Shown one piece after another: positions 1-12,310 of a stretch of 64,000 nt of DNA (the first letter of the stretch is position 1; each line of letters starts with the position of its first letter). A program made the translations under genes and the position numbers. The DNA is from Rhynchopus sp. YZ270_cl-10 (taxonomy: Eukaryota): positions 2,604,001-2,668,000 of the forward strand of contig OZ037833.1 in the NCBI GenBank assembly GCA_964035575.1, given 5' to 3'. The notes beneath the pieces were generated by a model. That model searched no databases and was not told the origin of the DNA. It saw only the letters and a program-made list of their open reading frames with translations.

Positions 1-1552
1 AGTACTTCAAGTGCCATAAAAAATCAGAAAAAAGTACTTCAAGTACTTTGGACATCCATGTATTTACACGTGGTCTTCAATATTTTGAAGCTCCGACTTT
101 TCACACATTTCCCTACCCCTGCCATTTTATTTCATTTTTTTCGTTTGCTGGGACGTGTTTTTTGAATGTCCTTTTGTGTGCTTTCTCTGAAATGGAAAGT
201 ATATAAAATTGATCTTTTATTTGCTACAATGCAGGCACCATTCCTTCTTTTTTTTTTTCTGTCGTTGCAGTTGGGTTTGCACAAAACAGAGTTTTATTTC
301 AGAGAGAATGGGTGCATTTTATTGCATTGTTGTGGCCCTTTTACACCCCTTTTTTGCCCCTGCTTTTCAAAAAAATTGCAAGATATTTTCCCCTTTTTTT
401 GATACATTTAAAAAAGTATGTATTGAAGAAGGACATCAAAAAGTCTTCAAATCTCCTGATATTTTTCACCCCTTATGCCTTGGTACAACCCCATGATTTC
501 TCTTAGGAATGGAAGGGGTCCGAAGTCAGTGTCTGTTGTCCCGACGTTTTGCACTACCAACTTCACCTTTTTTTTTTGTAAAACAATCTTAAGACCTAAA
601 ACACGCCCTTTTCTTTCTTTGCCCGGTGCGACTGCACCGTGCCCAATATTTAATAACCATAACAAAACAAGCCCCCTTTAGTGCAGTGCCCTGCGTCCGC
701 GTTTTGCACTCTTTGTATTTTTGTAAATATGTCCCTGGTGGTTGCCGTTATTGTGCTTTGCGTCAAGAAGGGTTTGCACTACCCCAAAAAATCTTCTCTT
801 TTTGGATTGTTTGTACTGTGTAATCCACAGTGTCTAGCTAGGGATGTCACCACCAATCTTCACTTTGTATCTAGGTGGGGCTGCACTCCATCAAGTTTTG
901 CCTAAGCTCGGCTCACATTAGAGTGTCTTCACAAGAAAACAAAACTTCACTTCACTTATCAGGGACCACCATGTATAACCTTATAACCTTCCCCCCCTGC
1001 CAGCGAGCATACTATATGCTACACATCCTCCTTAAGATACCCCATTCTCCCTCTCCTACTTAACCAAAAAAAAAGGGCGTCTTTGTGCGTCCGAATGAAG
1101 TTGCTCTGGACGTGTGTTTTTTCCCCCTGACGGAGTGTCAGTGCCTGTGTCTGGTGGCACTCTTCTATTTTTTTTTAAAAAGGTTGTTACGGTGACTGTA
1201 CACAGCAGTTCATTGTCAACCTTTTTTCGATGAAATTCCCTTCGCGGGGTTCGATAACCAATCCAGTGCCTGACGCAGATGCGTTTTTTGTACTCACAAC
1301 TATTTCTTTGTCCATGAGAGGCGGCAGGTACAGTCATTCTTTCTCTTTTGCAAAGATATATATGTGTGTGTGTGCACACGAGAGGCACCATTCATCTTAC
1401 AAGTTTTCTCTCCTTCTCTTTTTTAGACCACAGGACGGACAACCAGAACCACCTCTTTTGTTTGTCCCCACAAACACCAAAAAGTGGGCTATACTCCGTT
1501 CGGGCGTTACCCACTCTAAAATCTGTTATCAAACCACACCAACACACCGTAA

Positions 1553-2560
1553 AGGGGGGGTGGACCTATTATCCGGGTAGACCTATTATCCCTAGGATAA
1601 TAGGTCCCCCTGTTTTGGAGTTAAATTTTAACTTTTTAACTTTTGGGATGGTAAAAAAAATTTTATTAAAAATTTGGGGTGGGATTCTGGCGTTCGGCCA
1701 GTTTGCGTGCTCGCTTTCATGCCGGTTTTGCCAGCGCAGGCTGCAGCAAGGCCATCTTCCTTCCTGGCGTTGCAGCTGGGGCAGAGGGTCTGAGGATGAT
1801 GGTGGGGCTGGTTGGGCAGGTTGGGCTGCTTGTACTTCTGCTGCTGGGGCATCTATCTCCATCACCTCAGAGTCCACAGGGCTGTCTGGCTGCTCCACCT
1901 CCAAGACCTCTTCCTTCACCTGCAGCAGCTCCTCCTTCACCTCCCCTTTGCGCACCTTTGCCTTGTGCGTTGAACATCGCGTCCAGGCGCTTTTTTCCCT
2001 TAGGGAGGGCTTTTGGTTGCTTTGCTGCCAAAAGCTCGCATCGTCGTCCTCAGTCTCGTCGTCTTCAATCACCATCACGGCCTCCCTGTGAGTTTCCAGA
2101 GGTTCCGCAACACGTTAGCTAGCGCCGCAGGCGCACGGTACGCTACTTTTTCTTTCGCCATGCTGCATTCCCCCATTCCGGTTAAATTGAAGAAAATTGT
2201 CCCCTACGAGTAGAATTCTGTGGGGGGGTAGGTGAGAGGCGGGTCGGAGCCCCCGCCCCTCACCTACCCCCACCCCAGCCCCAATCCAAAACCCAAATTA
2301 CCTCCGTATGGACACGTATGGATTCTACCTTTTCAAAAATAATTCACGTATGGATTTCCATACGTTCCACACGTGGAGCGTATCTCTGGTTTACAGGATT
2401 GTGCATGTTTAAGGGTAAAAAGGGGGGGAAAGAGTGACCGGGATAGCAGCGGGATAACAGCGGGATAGCAGCGGGATAATAACAATTTTTAATCGACTTA
2501 AAATTTGGTCTGAAAGCGAAAATCTGAAATTTTAGGGTGGATAATAGGTCCACCGTCCCT
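1553..2560. mobile_element. Non-autonomous TIR element (possibly Kolobok-like, degenerate TTAA flanks) carrying an acidic ORF fragment and a copy of repeat R
   Basis: Left end AGGGGGGGTGGACCTATTATCC (1553) is the inverse of right end GGATAATAGGTCCACCGTCCCT (2560). Flanks GTAA / TTAG each differ by 1 nt from TTAA. No transposase motif seen. Confidence 0.5.
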
Positions 2561-2905
2561 TTAGCAACCACCCCCCTCCTCCTCCCCCCCTCATTTACAT
2601 TTTCCCCTCCAAAAAAACTCCTTTTTTAAGCCTTTTTTTCATTGCTGTTTTGACCTAATAAACAAAAAGACATCCCCCACATACCCCACTATTTTTTTTT
2701 GTTCATTCTCTTCCCCATCCAAAAAAGAAAGGGTACATTTTTTGCACCCTCTTTGCATTCTTTTTCTTTCGCTAAGAAAATAATGTATATGAATTCATTC
2801 TCTTCCCCATCCCCCCTTACCCTCCATCTCAAAATTCCAGGAAAAATTAAAAAAAATGTCCACCCCTTTTACACCAATGCGATAGTTTTTGCAGATGAGG
2901 GGACA

Positions 2906-5065
2906 ATGCGGCAGCACGCTCTACCACGTGGCGCTTTTAAGGGAAGAGCCTTTTTGTTTGCATGCTTTATAGTGGTGTTGGTTGCGGGGCTGAACTTTGC
3001 AGTGCTTTTCTCGCGAATCCGTTTGGGAGGAGGGCCAAAGACCGCAACCCCATCCGAGCCATATAGAAGCTTTCTTCACCGCGCACCGTTTAAGGCTGGG
3101 GTAGTGGTAGAGGAGAAGGAGGTGATAAATGGGAGTTGGAGCTCATTTGAATTTGATGATGTATGCTATGCGATCGGGTCTGGACATTGTGTAGATGCGC
3201 ATATTACACTGTCTCATCCCAACCCTTCTAAAGGGCGTCTCGTTGTAGGAGGAGGGACACAACTCTTTCGATTCGAAAAATCGCAAAATGGGGTGAAAAT
3301 GCGGTTATGTGATCAGCCAGAATACTATATTACCACCCGCAAGGAAGGGCTCTACTGCTATTTCGTTGTAACAGAGGGGGCTGATGAGGCAGTAGAGTTG
3401 ACTGTAACTGCAGACTATTATTTGAAAGGATACGTGATTATTGAGATTGCCCCTGGGCATATGATGGGGGGGTATCAAGGGAAGGTGAGGGTGGAGGATG
3501 AGGATGGGGATAAAAGAGTGTCACTTCGTCGGGATGTTTCTTGGAAGATGGTGGCGAAGGGAGAATCGGTGAAGAATATTGACAGCCGTTTGGCAACGTA
3601 TGTTTCATTCAAATCGGCAAAATATGAAGTGGACGCAAAGGGTTATGCAGAGGTTATCACGCCAGATGGAAAACCTTGTGACAAAGCGTTTCATGGATGC
3701 TGTAACCCCAAACCACGTAGTTTTCGTACAATACCAAAATGGAAGGGTGCAGGCAACATCGCGTTATTAGTAGTAAGCAGTCTCTTTACCTTTGCGAAAC
3801 GGAGGGCGATGTTGGAGAAATGGGTTTTTGATGAAATGTTCTCGTCAATCAGTATTACATTGGACTGCAAGGGGGATGTTGACAGACCGTGGGAGGCGCA
3901 GGAAGGTCATGATACTCATATCACCTGGCTTCTTGGCCCACAGGGGGTACCACCTCCACGCTATTCTGAGGTAACCGTTCGGGTGTTAATGGCGGCTCAT
4001 TGGGTCTTTGCGAACAAACCCTTTTCATACACTTTTATGGTCGACGACGACACTCTTGTCCTTCCTCGATCCCTGAAATGGGTGTTAAGTGGATTACCAG
4101 ACCCATCCGAGAACCTTCTCTACGTAGGGCACACCAGTGAGTGGTATGAAAAGACTGTGTACCATGGTGATATGGCCTTCGGTGGTGGTGGGAGTCTGTT
4201 TTCATCTGCGTTGACGAAGAGGTGGAATGGGCATTGGGGAGGTCTTGGTGATGGAACGCAAAACCGAAGTGCCATAGAAACAATGCTAAAGTCCGGAGAA
4301 TGTTCGCATTCAGGAGGAGATGGCGCGGTCTGTCGATGTATGGTGGCAGCCGGGAGAAGCGAGGAAACCTTCATTGATTGGCCAGGTTTTCATCAACTAG
4401 ACATTGTCGGCACAAAAGAAATGCTAAAAATCCTCAAAAAGACATGCTCAGACTGCCCTTCTATGGCCGACCAAACACTTCCCTGGGTTCTCGACTCCAT
4501 TTCTCAGCAGCCGGTCGTCACCATTCACCACCTTCTCGCAACCGAACCAAATTCTATAATACCTGGTACATCCGCCGAGCGGGCTGCACATATTTTATTT
4601 GACTCTGAAAAAAAACACCCGGGGTTGCTTCCGTTTCGAAGAAAATGTGGGTCTGTAGGGAAATACACGGTTTGTATTAACTTTGGTTTGACGGTACAGA
4701 TTTTTGCTAATTTGATTAACGAATTTGCGGCAAAATATTTGATTCGGACATTTGACAAACAAGTAGGCGTAGATGTACCGTTCTCATCGTTGAGTATAAA
4801 GAATAAGAGTGAAGACACAGCCTTCCGCACACTGTACCATCCTATCGCAAAGCTAGACCGTCTCCGTATCCTCGAAACCCCTAAGAAGCATCTGCTCTGC
4901 TGTTTGTTCTACACCCCTTCCCCGTCATCAGCACAATACAGCCCTTATCATGGCAGCACCAGACCAACTTACTGCGAAGCTTCCTGCCCAACAGACGCAA
5001 CTGCCTCAGTAACCTTCTCCTCCCAATGGGAAATGAAGATGGTGGTATGTAAAAAGCTTGTTTGA
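2906..5065 (+). CDS. Type II membrane Fringe-like/GT31 (DUF604-type) glycosyltransferase
   Basis: ATG at 2906 follows TTTTTGCAG. N-terminal signal anchor FLFACFIVVLVAGLNFAVLF; DxD motif MVDDDT; LLYVGHTSE; MAFGGGGSLFSSAL; GDGAVCRC; PGFHQLD; PVVTIHH. All are typical of the Fringe/DUF604 family. Confidence 0.8.
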   Translation: MRQHALPRGAFKGRAFLFACFIVVLVAGLNFAVLFSRIRLGGGPKTATPSEPYRSFLHRAPFKAGVVVEEKEVINGSWSSFEFDDVCYAIGSGHCVDAHITLSHPNPSKGRLVVGGGTQLFRFEKSQNGVKMRLCDQPEYYITTRKEGLYCYFVVTEGADEAVELTVTADYYLKGYVIIEIAPGHMMGGYQGKVRVEDEDGDKRVSLRRDVSWKMVAKGESVKNIDSRLATYVSFKSAKYEVDAKGYAEVITPDGKPCDKAFHGCCNPKPRSFRTIPKWKGAGNIALLVVSSLFTFAKRRAMLEKWVFDEMFSSISITLDCKGDVDRPWEAQEGHDTHITWLLGPQGVPPPRYSEVTVRVLMAAHWVFANKPFSYTFMVDDDTLVLPRSLKWVLSGLPDPSENLLYVGHTSEWYEKTVYHGDMAFGGGGSLFSSALTKRWNGHWGGLGDGTQNRSAIETMLKSGECSHSGGDGAVCRCMVAAGRSEETFIDWPGFHQLDIVGTKEMLKILKKTCSDCPSMADQTLPWVLDSISQQPVVTIHHLLATEPNSIIPGTSAERAAHILFDSEKKHPGLLPFRRKCGSVGKYTVCINFGLTVQIFANLINEFAAKYLIRTFDKQVGVDVPFSSLSIKNKSEDTAFRTLYHPIAKLDRLRILETPKKHLLCCLFYTPSPSSAQYSPYHGSTRPTYCEASCPTDATASVTFSSQWEMKMVVCKKLV

Positions 5066-5493
5066 GAAAACTAGACGATATCATCCGCCAACTGATCTTG
5101 ATAACAATAAAAAATATAACAATGTTTTTCGTCGAACGCAGCCAAATAGGGGTAAAAATCTGTTTGGCGCAAAGGTGAAAGGAATCAAGGGGAAATACTG
5201 TTATACAAGATCTGAACGTTGGCTTTCTTTTTGTCTAGCTTCTTAATACACTACGTGTTAGGAACAAAAAAAACCCCACCTTAAACAGATTCAATACGAC
5301 GGCGAAGCATTCCCATGGGTCTCCGACGTCACCCCACTGGTTACAGGCGAAGAGTAAAACAATGGTTACGACAATGATTTCTTTCTCCTCCCCCTCTCTC
5401 TCCCACCCCCCAGCCCCTACCCTACCCTACTCCCACCCAGCATCTAGGTATTTGGGGGGCAGAACACCCCTCCCCATTGCCCTATTTTTTACT

Positions 5494-7355
5494 ATGGGAT
5501 GCAAACAGAGTCTCTCCAAGGAAGCGCAGGAGCAGCGTGATGTGGTAGAAAGCAATACTGATGTGCAGTTTTGTGCGTCTGATGTGATCGATTTGCAGAG
5601 TGTACTGTGGAACCTTCTTGTTGTGCACGAACAGGGGGACCATACACGGTCGCCAAAGGAGCTAAGGGATATTCTTGAGGCGATACGCGCTGGGACCGAT
5701 GAATGCTGTTACCTTCCCCCTACCATGGATGAGCTGGCGTGGCGGCTGGTAACTGACGCAGAGGAGAGAGAGGAAAACCTTGCGGATATGCACTATGTTC
5801 ACAAATTCGAGACGGAAGAGCAGGTTCTGTCGTTGCTTCTTTCGGGTGCAGCGAATGTCAAGCAGGCTGCCCTCGAGGTTCTTCTTATGTGGTACGTTAC
5901 TACAGCGGACTGCGAAAACATGGCAGATCATCTCGAACTCAGCAGCCACCCCGAAGATTCCCCCGAAGAAGAAAGCAGTGCCATCGGCGTGCCGAACCCT
6001 TCCGCTACTGAAGAGGATGACAGTGTGCTGGGACCTTCTCCGTCGTGTGTTGCAGATGCGACGGCATCGTCTTTGCAATCATTTGTTTGGAAAGGTTCCC
6101 CTGATTTGCATACTGGAAACCTTTCATTTGCTTCAAAGCATAGTAGAGGAGACGAAGGGAGTGGGAACCTGGGTGGTGCGGGGGGTTCTCCGACGGAACG
6201 TCTGTCAGTCGGTGCGACGCATCTTACCCCAAGCTCGCTTCCGTGCAACTCCCCTTGGACTGCAGTCTCCGGAAGCGTCGGGGTATTAGACACCGGGGTA
6301 GGCAGTGTTGGGGCAAGCAAAGGTGGGTCATTGGTGTCGCCGAAGCTGCGCAATACTTCTATGGGACGATCCTCACGGCCGCACCTCAGAGGGAACCTTC
6401 CATCAAAGCTTCATGCAGTGGTCGAGCGGTTGTGCAAACCGTACAATGCGTATGTCAAAATCAAAAAAATAAAATAAAAATCAATCTACAATACAGGAAG
6501 AACCTAGAACACCTCGCCCTCGTACTGCGTGGTGCAATGCGTACTGCGTTGCGGCGCTATTCCACAAGGTATGGAAGATGTTCAATTCGTTTTCACCCTC
6601 CCTTCTCCTCTCGAAACAGCGGCTACGACGAAGAGGGCATGAAACAACGCTCCAACGACCAAAAAATTGCGGGCAGCGAGTGGAGTCGCGACAAGGCTGC
6701 AGCTATTGCACGGTGCGGCTCGCTTTCGGACATCCCTAACATGGGAGGGGGCGGGCTTCTGGTGCCTCAGGTTGCTGCCTATCCTTTGACGATTGTTCTC
6801 GATCTTGACGAGACTCTAGTCTATGCACGCCGAGGCCCCTTATGGGTTCGCCCTGGGGTGACTGACTTCCTAAAGACACTGAAACAGCTTGGCTGTGAGG
6901 TGGTCTGCTGGACCGCAAGCAACCGATCCTATGCGGGGGGTATTCTGAGCCGTCTGGACCCGTTGGGGGAGTATGTGAGTCAGTGTATTTATTCGCATCC
7001 TCGTTGGGCAGCAAGGCGAGGGGGGCCTCAGGTGAAGAATTTGAGCTTGATCGGGAGGGAGTTGAAATCTACGTTGATTATTGACAATCTGCCTGATTCG
7101 GTTGTGGGAAATGAAACCAATGCGATAGTGGTAGAAAACTACGAAGGTTGTGAACTCCACGACACCACCCTGGCAACTCTTGTCAAGGTCATCCGCGAAA
7201 TTATCGCCTCAGGTAAAGATGTCCCCACCTTCATGTCGACCCCAGCTCTCTACTCCTCTCACCTTCGTCTCACAGAGCGTGCGCTCCACCAAGGTGGCAC
7301 CCTCCCCTGTCTGATGCTTAATTCCGAGCCTGCCAGCTTCTCCTTGCCAATGTGA
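5494..7355 (+). CDS. N-terminally acylated (MGCKQS) protein with C-terminal FCP1/SCP (NIF-family) HAD phosphatase domain; 2 exons
   Basis: Exons 5494-6449 and 6497-7355. Intron 6450-6496 (GTATGT...TACAG, 47 nt) joins the two listed ORFs in frame. Motifs VLDLDETLV, VRPGV, WTASNRSYA, KNLSLIGR, IIDN. Confidence 0.8.
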
Positions 7356-9496
7356 TATTTGAAGTGTTTTTTTTTGTTGCTTGCCTGCGAGGAAGAGGAG
7401 GAAGAGGAAGGAAGGGTAGGGTGAGGACAGAGTGAAGTTCTCGAGAGAGAATATGGTGATAGATTATGAAAAGACTAAGGTATTTTTTTTTTAACGCAAA
7501 AAAGGCAAGGAGAGTTTCGTAACGTCTGACGTACTCCTAAGGGAGGAGGTGTGCTGTTCTGTTAGTACCGTTGCCTCTCTCTTTGGGTGGCATCTTCAAA
7601 CCCAGCGTGTTCCAGCGCGAGAACGATAGTGGTAAAGATTGTGTGAGGCATATTCATCTCACAACTTTTTTGGGGTACTTGAGCTTTCATCCAGCTGGCA
7701 TCGTGGGTCAGCGGGAGGTGCCTGCATCAATAACTTCACTTTTCTTGTGGTGTATTTTTTTTGCGTCTCTATTGAGATCAGATCTTTCAAGTATTTTGAG
7801 GATGCAACGATTTGGTCCACCCACGGTGCCCACCAATCATGCACCAAGGTACATTGTCACACAGAGGGCTTTTGTATTTCAACAGTTAACTTCTTTTTCA
7901 TCCGAAGGGCATCGTACATACGTCAGTCGGAGGTGCCTGCAGAACTTCAATATTCTGCGGTGTCTAAACCCGCCAGGCTTATGTCCATCTTGCCACTATT
8001 TGATTATCCCACCCCCCGCGCGAGCGTTCTACTCATGCGAGAACCATTCAAAAAAAAGACATTCTGTGCGCAGTGGTGCACTTTTGTCTTTCAAGGTTCC
8101 CCCCCCCATTTAGGATGACTAAGCACGCGAGTGATTGGTTCATCTTTCAGTTAGAGTGACGCAATTTGGCGCAAAATCTCAAAATCAACGAATTCCACTA
8201 AAAACAAAAAAAGAAACGTGTGTCATCTGAAAGTATACTAGCCCCTTTTGGGTGACAGTTGAGTACCGTACAATGTACCTCGATGTAGAGGTTATTCAAA
8301 CAAAAAACAAACAAAACAAAATCCCAACAAAGTAAATCCGAAAAAAAAAAAATCATATTGTAAAGGACAGGGTAACATGCGATTCATCACTGCCACTCCC
8401 CCTTTTTCTCCCCCACGCGTTACCATTTTTTTTTATATTTTGGGAAAGCTAACGTTTCCAAAAAAAAACACACACACACACCGGCTGAACTATACCAAAG
8501 AGAACAATTTTTTTTTGCGTCTTGCCTCTCGTGCTTGTCCCACCTCCCACCTTCCTTTTTTTACCAGCCTTTTTTTTTGTGTTTTTTTTTTTTTTTCTCT
8601 CCATCTTTCTGCAGTAAGATAGGTCGCATGACCCAATAGTTTATTTTTCAAAAAAAAGTAATTTTTTGACACAAAAAAACAAATGTGTCTCGCTTCGCTC
8701 GGCCAGGTAAAGCATGCTCCGGAAAAGCAACCCACGGTCGCGTAAATTTAAAGTGCTGCTTTGTATCCTTCAATAAATAGTTGCTGTCTCATCACTGCCA
8801 CACCTCTTAGGGGTGAGGTGTGCCGTCTGTGTAAGTACTTCCTAGCCCCTTTTTTGGGTGACATTTGCTTGTGCAGAACCCACCTCTTTCACCTCTTTGG
8901 TAGGGAGATCTGAGTCTATTTCCAAAGCGAACGTTCGATGGATAGATGTAGTGAAGAACAAAAAAAATTGTGATCCTGAGTGTTTTAACCCGCTTTCAAC
9001 TAGACCATCATGAATTTGTACGAATTTGTTTGGTCAGACGCAGCACAGTGTTCACGTTGTATCTAGCCATATTTCCCCCCCCTCTTTTGCTTCGTTCAAA
9101 CCATGATTCAGCTTCCCTTTAAAGTGTCTTGGTCTTTACTTTTGATCTTGATGTGTGTGAGGCCGTTCACCTTGCAATTTTTCTCTCTCTTGCTATCCCT
9201 TGTCCGACGTGATGCCACTGTGTTTTCTTGTCACCTCATTCACTGAAATGAAGGAGGAAATAGAAACAAAAGCATTTTGATCACTTTTGCGGTTCTAGAG
9301 ACGAACCGCACTGCAGAGCCACCTCCTCACCAAACAGGTCGAGGTGTTGTGCGTTTCACCACAACGTCTGTCTCCAAGGGTTTTATCGTGTGAGTGTTAA
9401 GTTTCTATTTTCCTCCAGAACCACTGCTTCGCTCTCAAACAAAGCCTCTTGAGGAAGTCTGCAGCTGTCTCTTTTATGCAATGAGGCAGATAAGCA

Positions 9497-9756
9497 GAGC
9501 TTCAGACCTCTAGTCTGACTATGCAGGGTGACATGAGAGGTGTAGTTATAGGTGGGAGGCAACAATGAAATACCACTACTCTTATCGTCGCTTTACTTAT
9601 CCAATGATGGGGAGACGGCACCTGCCAATTTATTGGTCTGACCCCTCTGGGTCTTTTAGGTTTTCCGATTCCAGCGACAAAACTAGCATTAGCTAGTGAG
9701 CCCTCGTTTGGAGACACCAGTCAGGTGGGGAGTTTGGCTGGGGCAGCACATCTGTT
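9497..9756 (+). pseudogene. Isolated fragment of cytosolic LSU (28S-type) rRNA
   Basis: Conserved LSU segments appear in the correct order: GAGCTT..GAC.TCTAGTCTG, GACATGAGAGGTGTAG, TGAAATACCACTACTCT, GTCAGGTGGGGAGTTTGGCTGGGGCAGCACATCTGTT. No other rRNA sequence in the flanks. Confidence 0.85.
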
Positions 9757-10374
9757 CTTTGATGGGAGGCTATGCACCTTACAATGGATCGTTTTTGTTG
9801 TCATTCCGTTCATTTTGGTCGGTGAACAACGAAAGGGTGTAGTGTGTTACACTCTCCCAAAATGTTCTCGAATTGAAAGCAGAATGGTCGAATATTTAGA
9901 TGTGTTGCAACCTAAGTAAATTCATTCATTCATTTTTTTGTGTTGTGGCCAAGCATAGAAAGGCTCATCCTTCAAAACTTTTTTTTTGTTTTTTTTTTTT
10001 TTTTCATCCAATTCGTATCCGGCATTTATTGTGTTGTCTTTCTTCTGGTCTCATGTACCCGAAAAAAAGCAAATAAAAAAAGTGGCTTTTAAAAAATGTG
10101 TGTCTTTTTAAGTGTTCTCCAGAATCACAGAGTCTTTTTCACTCTTCTACACACTCTTTCTTTCATTTATTTTTACTCAATATGTCGATCCCTTCAAGAT
10201 TTTCAAAAGCTGTGTGTCTTCTTTCTATTGAGCAGAAAATTGCAAAAAAAAAAAGTTCCCCTTTTTGCACATCTTTTTCAAAATATCCTCACCCCTGTCT
10301 CTCCCTCTCTCTCTCCCCCCCTTCTCCTCCATATTTAACGAAAAAAAGGCAAAATCCCCTTTTTTTTTTCTCCC

Positions 10375-11937
10375 ATGGATGCTAACCTTGCCATCGATCT
10401 AGGAAGAGCTGTGGTGAACGATGGTGGTACCGTTCCTCTGAGTCTCCTCCCTGTACGGCAGCCGTGGCTGCGGAAACGGCTTGGTGACAAACGGCTGCTC
10501 GAATTTCTGAAAACGCACAGCGACGTGTTTATTCTTTCCGACGACCAGGACAGCTTCAAAGTCTCTGTTCACCCCGACTTTTCATCAACGCTCTCTAACC
10601 CCATAGACGACTGCAAACGAACCAACAAAGCTGCCGACACCCTTTGCCAATGGGTGGTCCTCACCCTCCTCAATGAAAAAACCGGGAAACGCGCGATGCA
10701 ACTCAGCTGGATCACTTCAAACCAACGTGTCACCACGAAGCTTCACGACTACACAAAGGAGAGTGGATGCTGCAAAGGAAACGAAGCCTTCTCCACTGCA
10801 TGGTGGGACAACGCGAGCGAGACGTTACTTTCACTATTGAAGCAGGATACACGGTTTGTCGTTTCAGATTCAGAGGAGCTACGTGACACCATGGTAACCC
10901 TAGATGCATCTGTTGTCCCAGATGATGATTTATGGAAGGGCAAGCTGGAAGGTCGTGTCGGGTATCTTCTTCGTCAAAACGCAAGAATTATTCGAAAGGG
11001 CGCGCCCCCACCACAACCAGAAATGCCTATCTCCAAACTTGGTGCGGACGAAGAACTGCAACTCTTTTGTAGAGGCCGTCCACTACAGAGTGCTCTCCGT
11101 GAAATCCCCTCAGTCATCTTGGAGCAGCGAAAAGGCATGCCATGGGTCTTGCTTATTAAGGATGCCGGTGGTGAATCAGATGACATCCAGGTTGTGGCGA
11201 AGAAGGTGGCAGTGGAGGTTCCAGCTTTGTCATCAATGATACTACACGCCGCAGAGAACTATTTTGCAGTGTCAAAACCATCCGGTGTCACGACAGAAGC
11301 GATCGTGCATTTATTACGAGAAGAAGGGAAACTAAACGATCGCTCGGTTGATTCGGTAAGCAGATTGGACCGTCCTACTAGTGGAGTGGTTTTGCTTCCT
11401 TTGACGAAACATGGTGAAACCCATTTGGGAGGACAATTTCGAGGAGGGACCGTTAAAAAGACATATCTCGCATTGGTGAGTGGGAAGGTAGAAGGGGATG
11501 GTACGGTGGATGCAAGGTTGAAGCTGGTAGACTCAGGGTCAACATACAAATCCTTTGTGCATCCGTCAGGTAAACCTGCTACCACGACCTACAAAGTGAA
11601 AGAGGTGTTCACAAAGAATGGTGGCATCTACACCCTCCTCGAAGTGTCTCCTCTTACAGGCAGGACCCACCAGATTCGTGCGCATATGAGCCACATCAAA
11701 CATCCTCTCGTGTGTGATGCAAGGTACAGTGGTGAAAAGCGGGCCGGTAGACACTCCAAATGGTGCCCCCGTTTGTTCCTTCATTCATATAAAGTGCGTT
11801 TTGTCTGTCCTGATGCGCATCCAGAGGAAGGAGGTGAAGGGGGTAAAGAAGAAGAAGAAGAACGCAAGGAGCTCCTCGCACCTCTCCCGGAAGACCTGGA
11901 GAATGTGCTATCTGTGTTGCGAGGGGTGACTGTTTGA
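10375..11937 (+). CDS. RluA-family RNA pseudouridine synthase with long N-terminal extension
   Basis: AVSKPSG, SRLDRPTSGVV (catalytic Asp), KTYLALV, LTGRTHQIRAHM, HPLVCDARY, RLFLHS. Confidence 0.9.
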   Translation: MDANLAIDLGRAVVNDGGTVPLSLLPVRQPWLRKRLGDKRLLEFLKTHSDVFILSDDQDSFKVSVHPDFSSTLSNPIDDCKRTNKAADTLCQWVVLTLLNEKTGKRAMQLSWITSNQRVTTKLHDYTKESGCCKGNEAFSTAWWDNASETLLSLLKQDTRFVVSDSEELRDTMVTLDASVVPDDDLWKGKLEGRVGYLLRQNARIIRKGAPPPQPEMPISKLGADEELQLFCRGRPLQSALREIPSVILEQRKGMPWVLLIKDAGGESDDIQVVAKKVAVEVPALSSMILHAAENYFAVSKPSGVTTEAIVHLLREEGKLNDRSVDSVSRLDRPTSGVVLLPLTKHGETHLGGQFRGGTVKKTYLALVSGKVEGDGTVDARLKLVDSGSTYKSFVHPSGKPATTTYKVKEVFTKNGGIYTLLEVSPLTGRTHQIRAHMSHIKHPLVCDARYSGEKRAGRHSKWCPRLFLHSYKVRFVCPDAHPEEGGEGGKEEEEERKELLAPLPEDLENVLSVLRGVTV

Positions 11938-12310
11938 AAAGATGTGTGCTTTTTTTAAGGGGTATTTTTTATCATAGCTTTGCACCCCCTCCCTGGGGTG
12001 TAAATAGTGTCTCAAAATGGCTATATTGGTTATCCACAGTGTTGCAGAATGTGGGGGTATTTTTTTTTTTGCGTGTGGTCATGTTTCCGCAGTCCCCAAG
12101 CAACTTGTTCGCTCAGGTCAGCAGAAGAGTGCGAACATACAATGGCTAGCTTTCCTCCCCCATAGTTACCTTAGAATCCTCCAGCTTTGAGGTTCATCTC
12201 ATAAACAGTTCTCTCTTTTTTTTCCTCAAAATCCAACCCAAACACAACCGCCATCCCTCCTCCTCCTCCTCCCCCTCCACCAACAACCAGGGAAAAGCCA
12301 ATAAATTAAG

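Noticed and set aside
6243..6536. Separate gene start for the phosphatase ORF at 6243
   Set aside because: It overlaps the upstream coding exon in another frame, and an in-frame GT-AG intron explains both ORFs.
8701..8732. CCAGGT...CCGGAAAAGCA resembling SRP RNA helix 8
   Set aside because: Spacing does not fit the conserved symmetric loop, and no surrounding SRP fold is evident.
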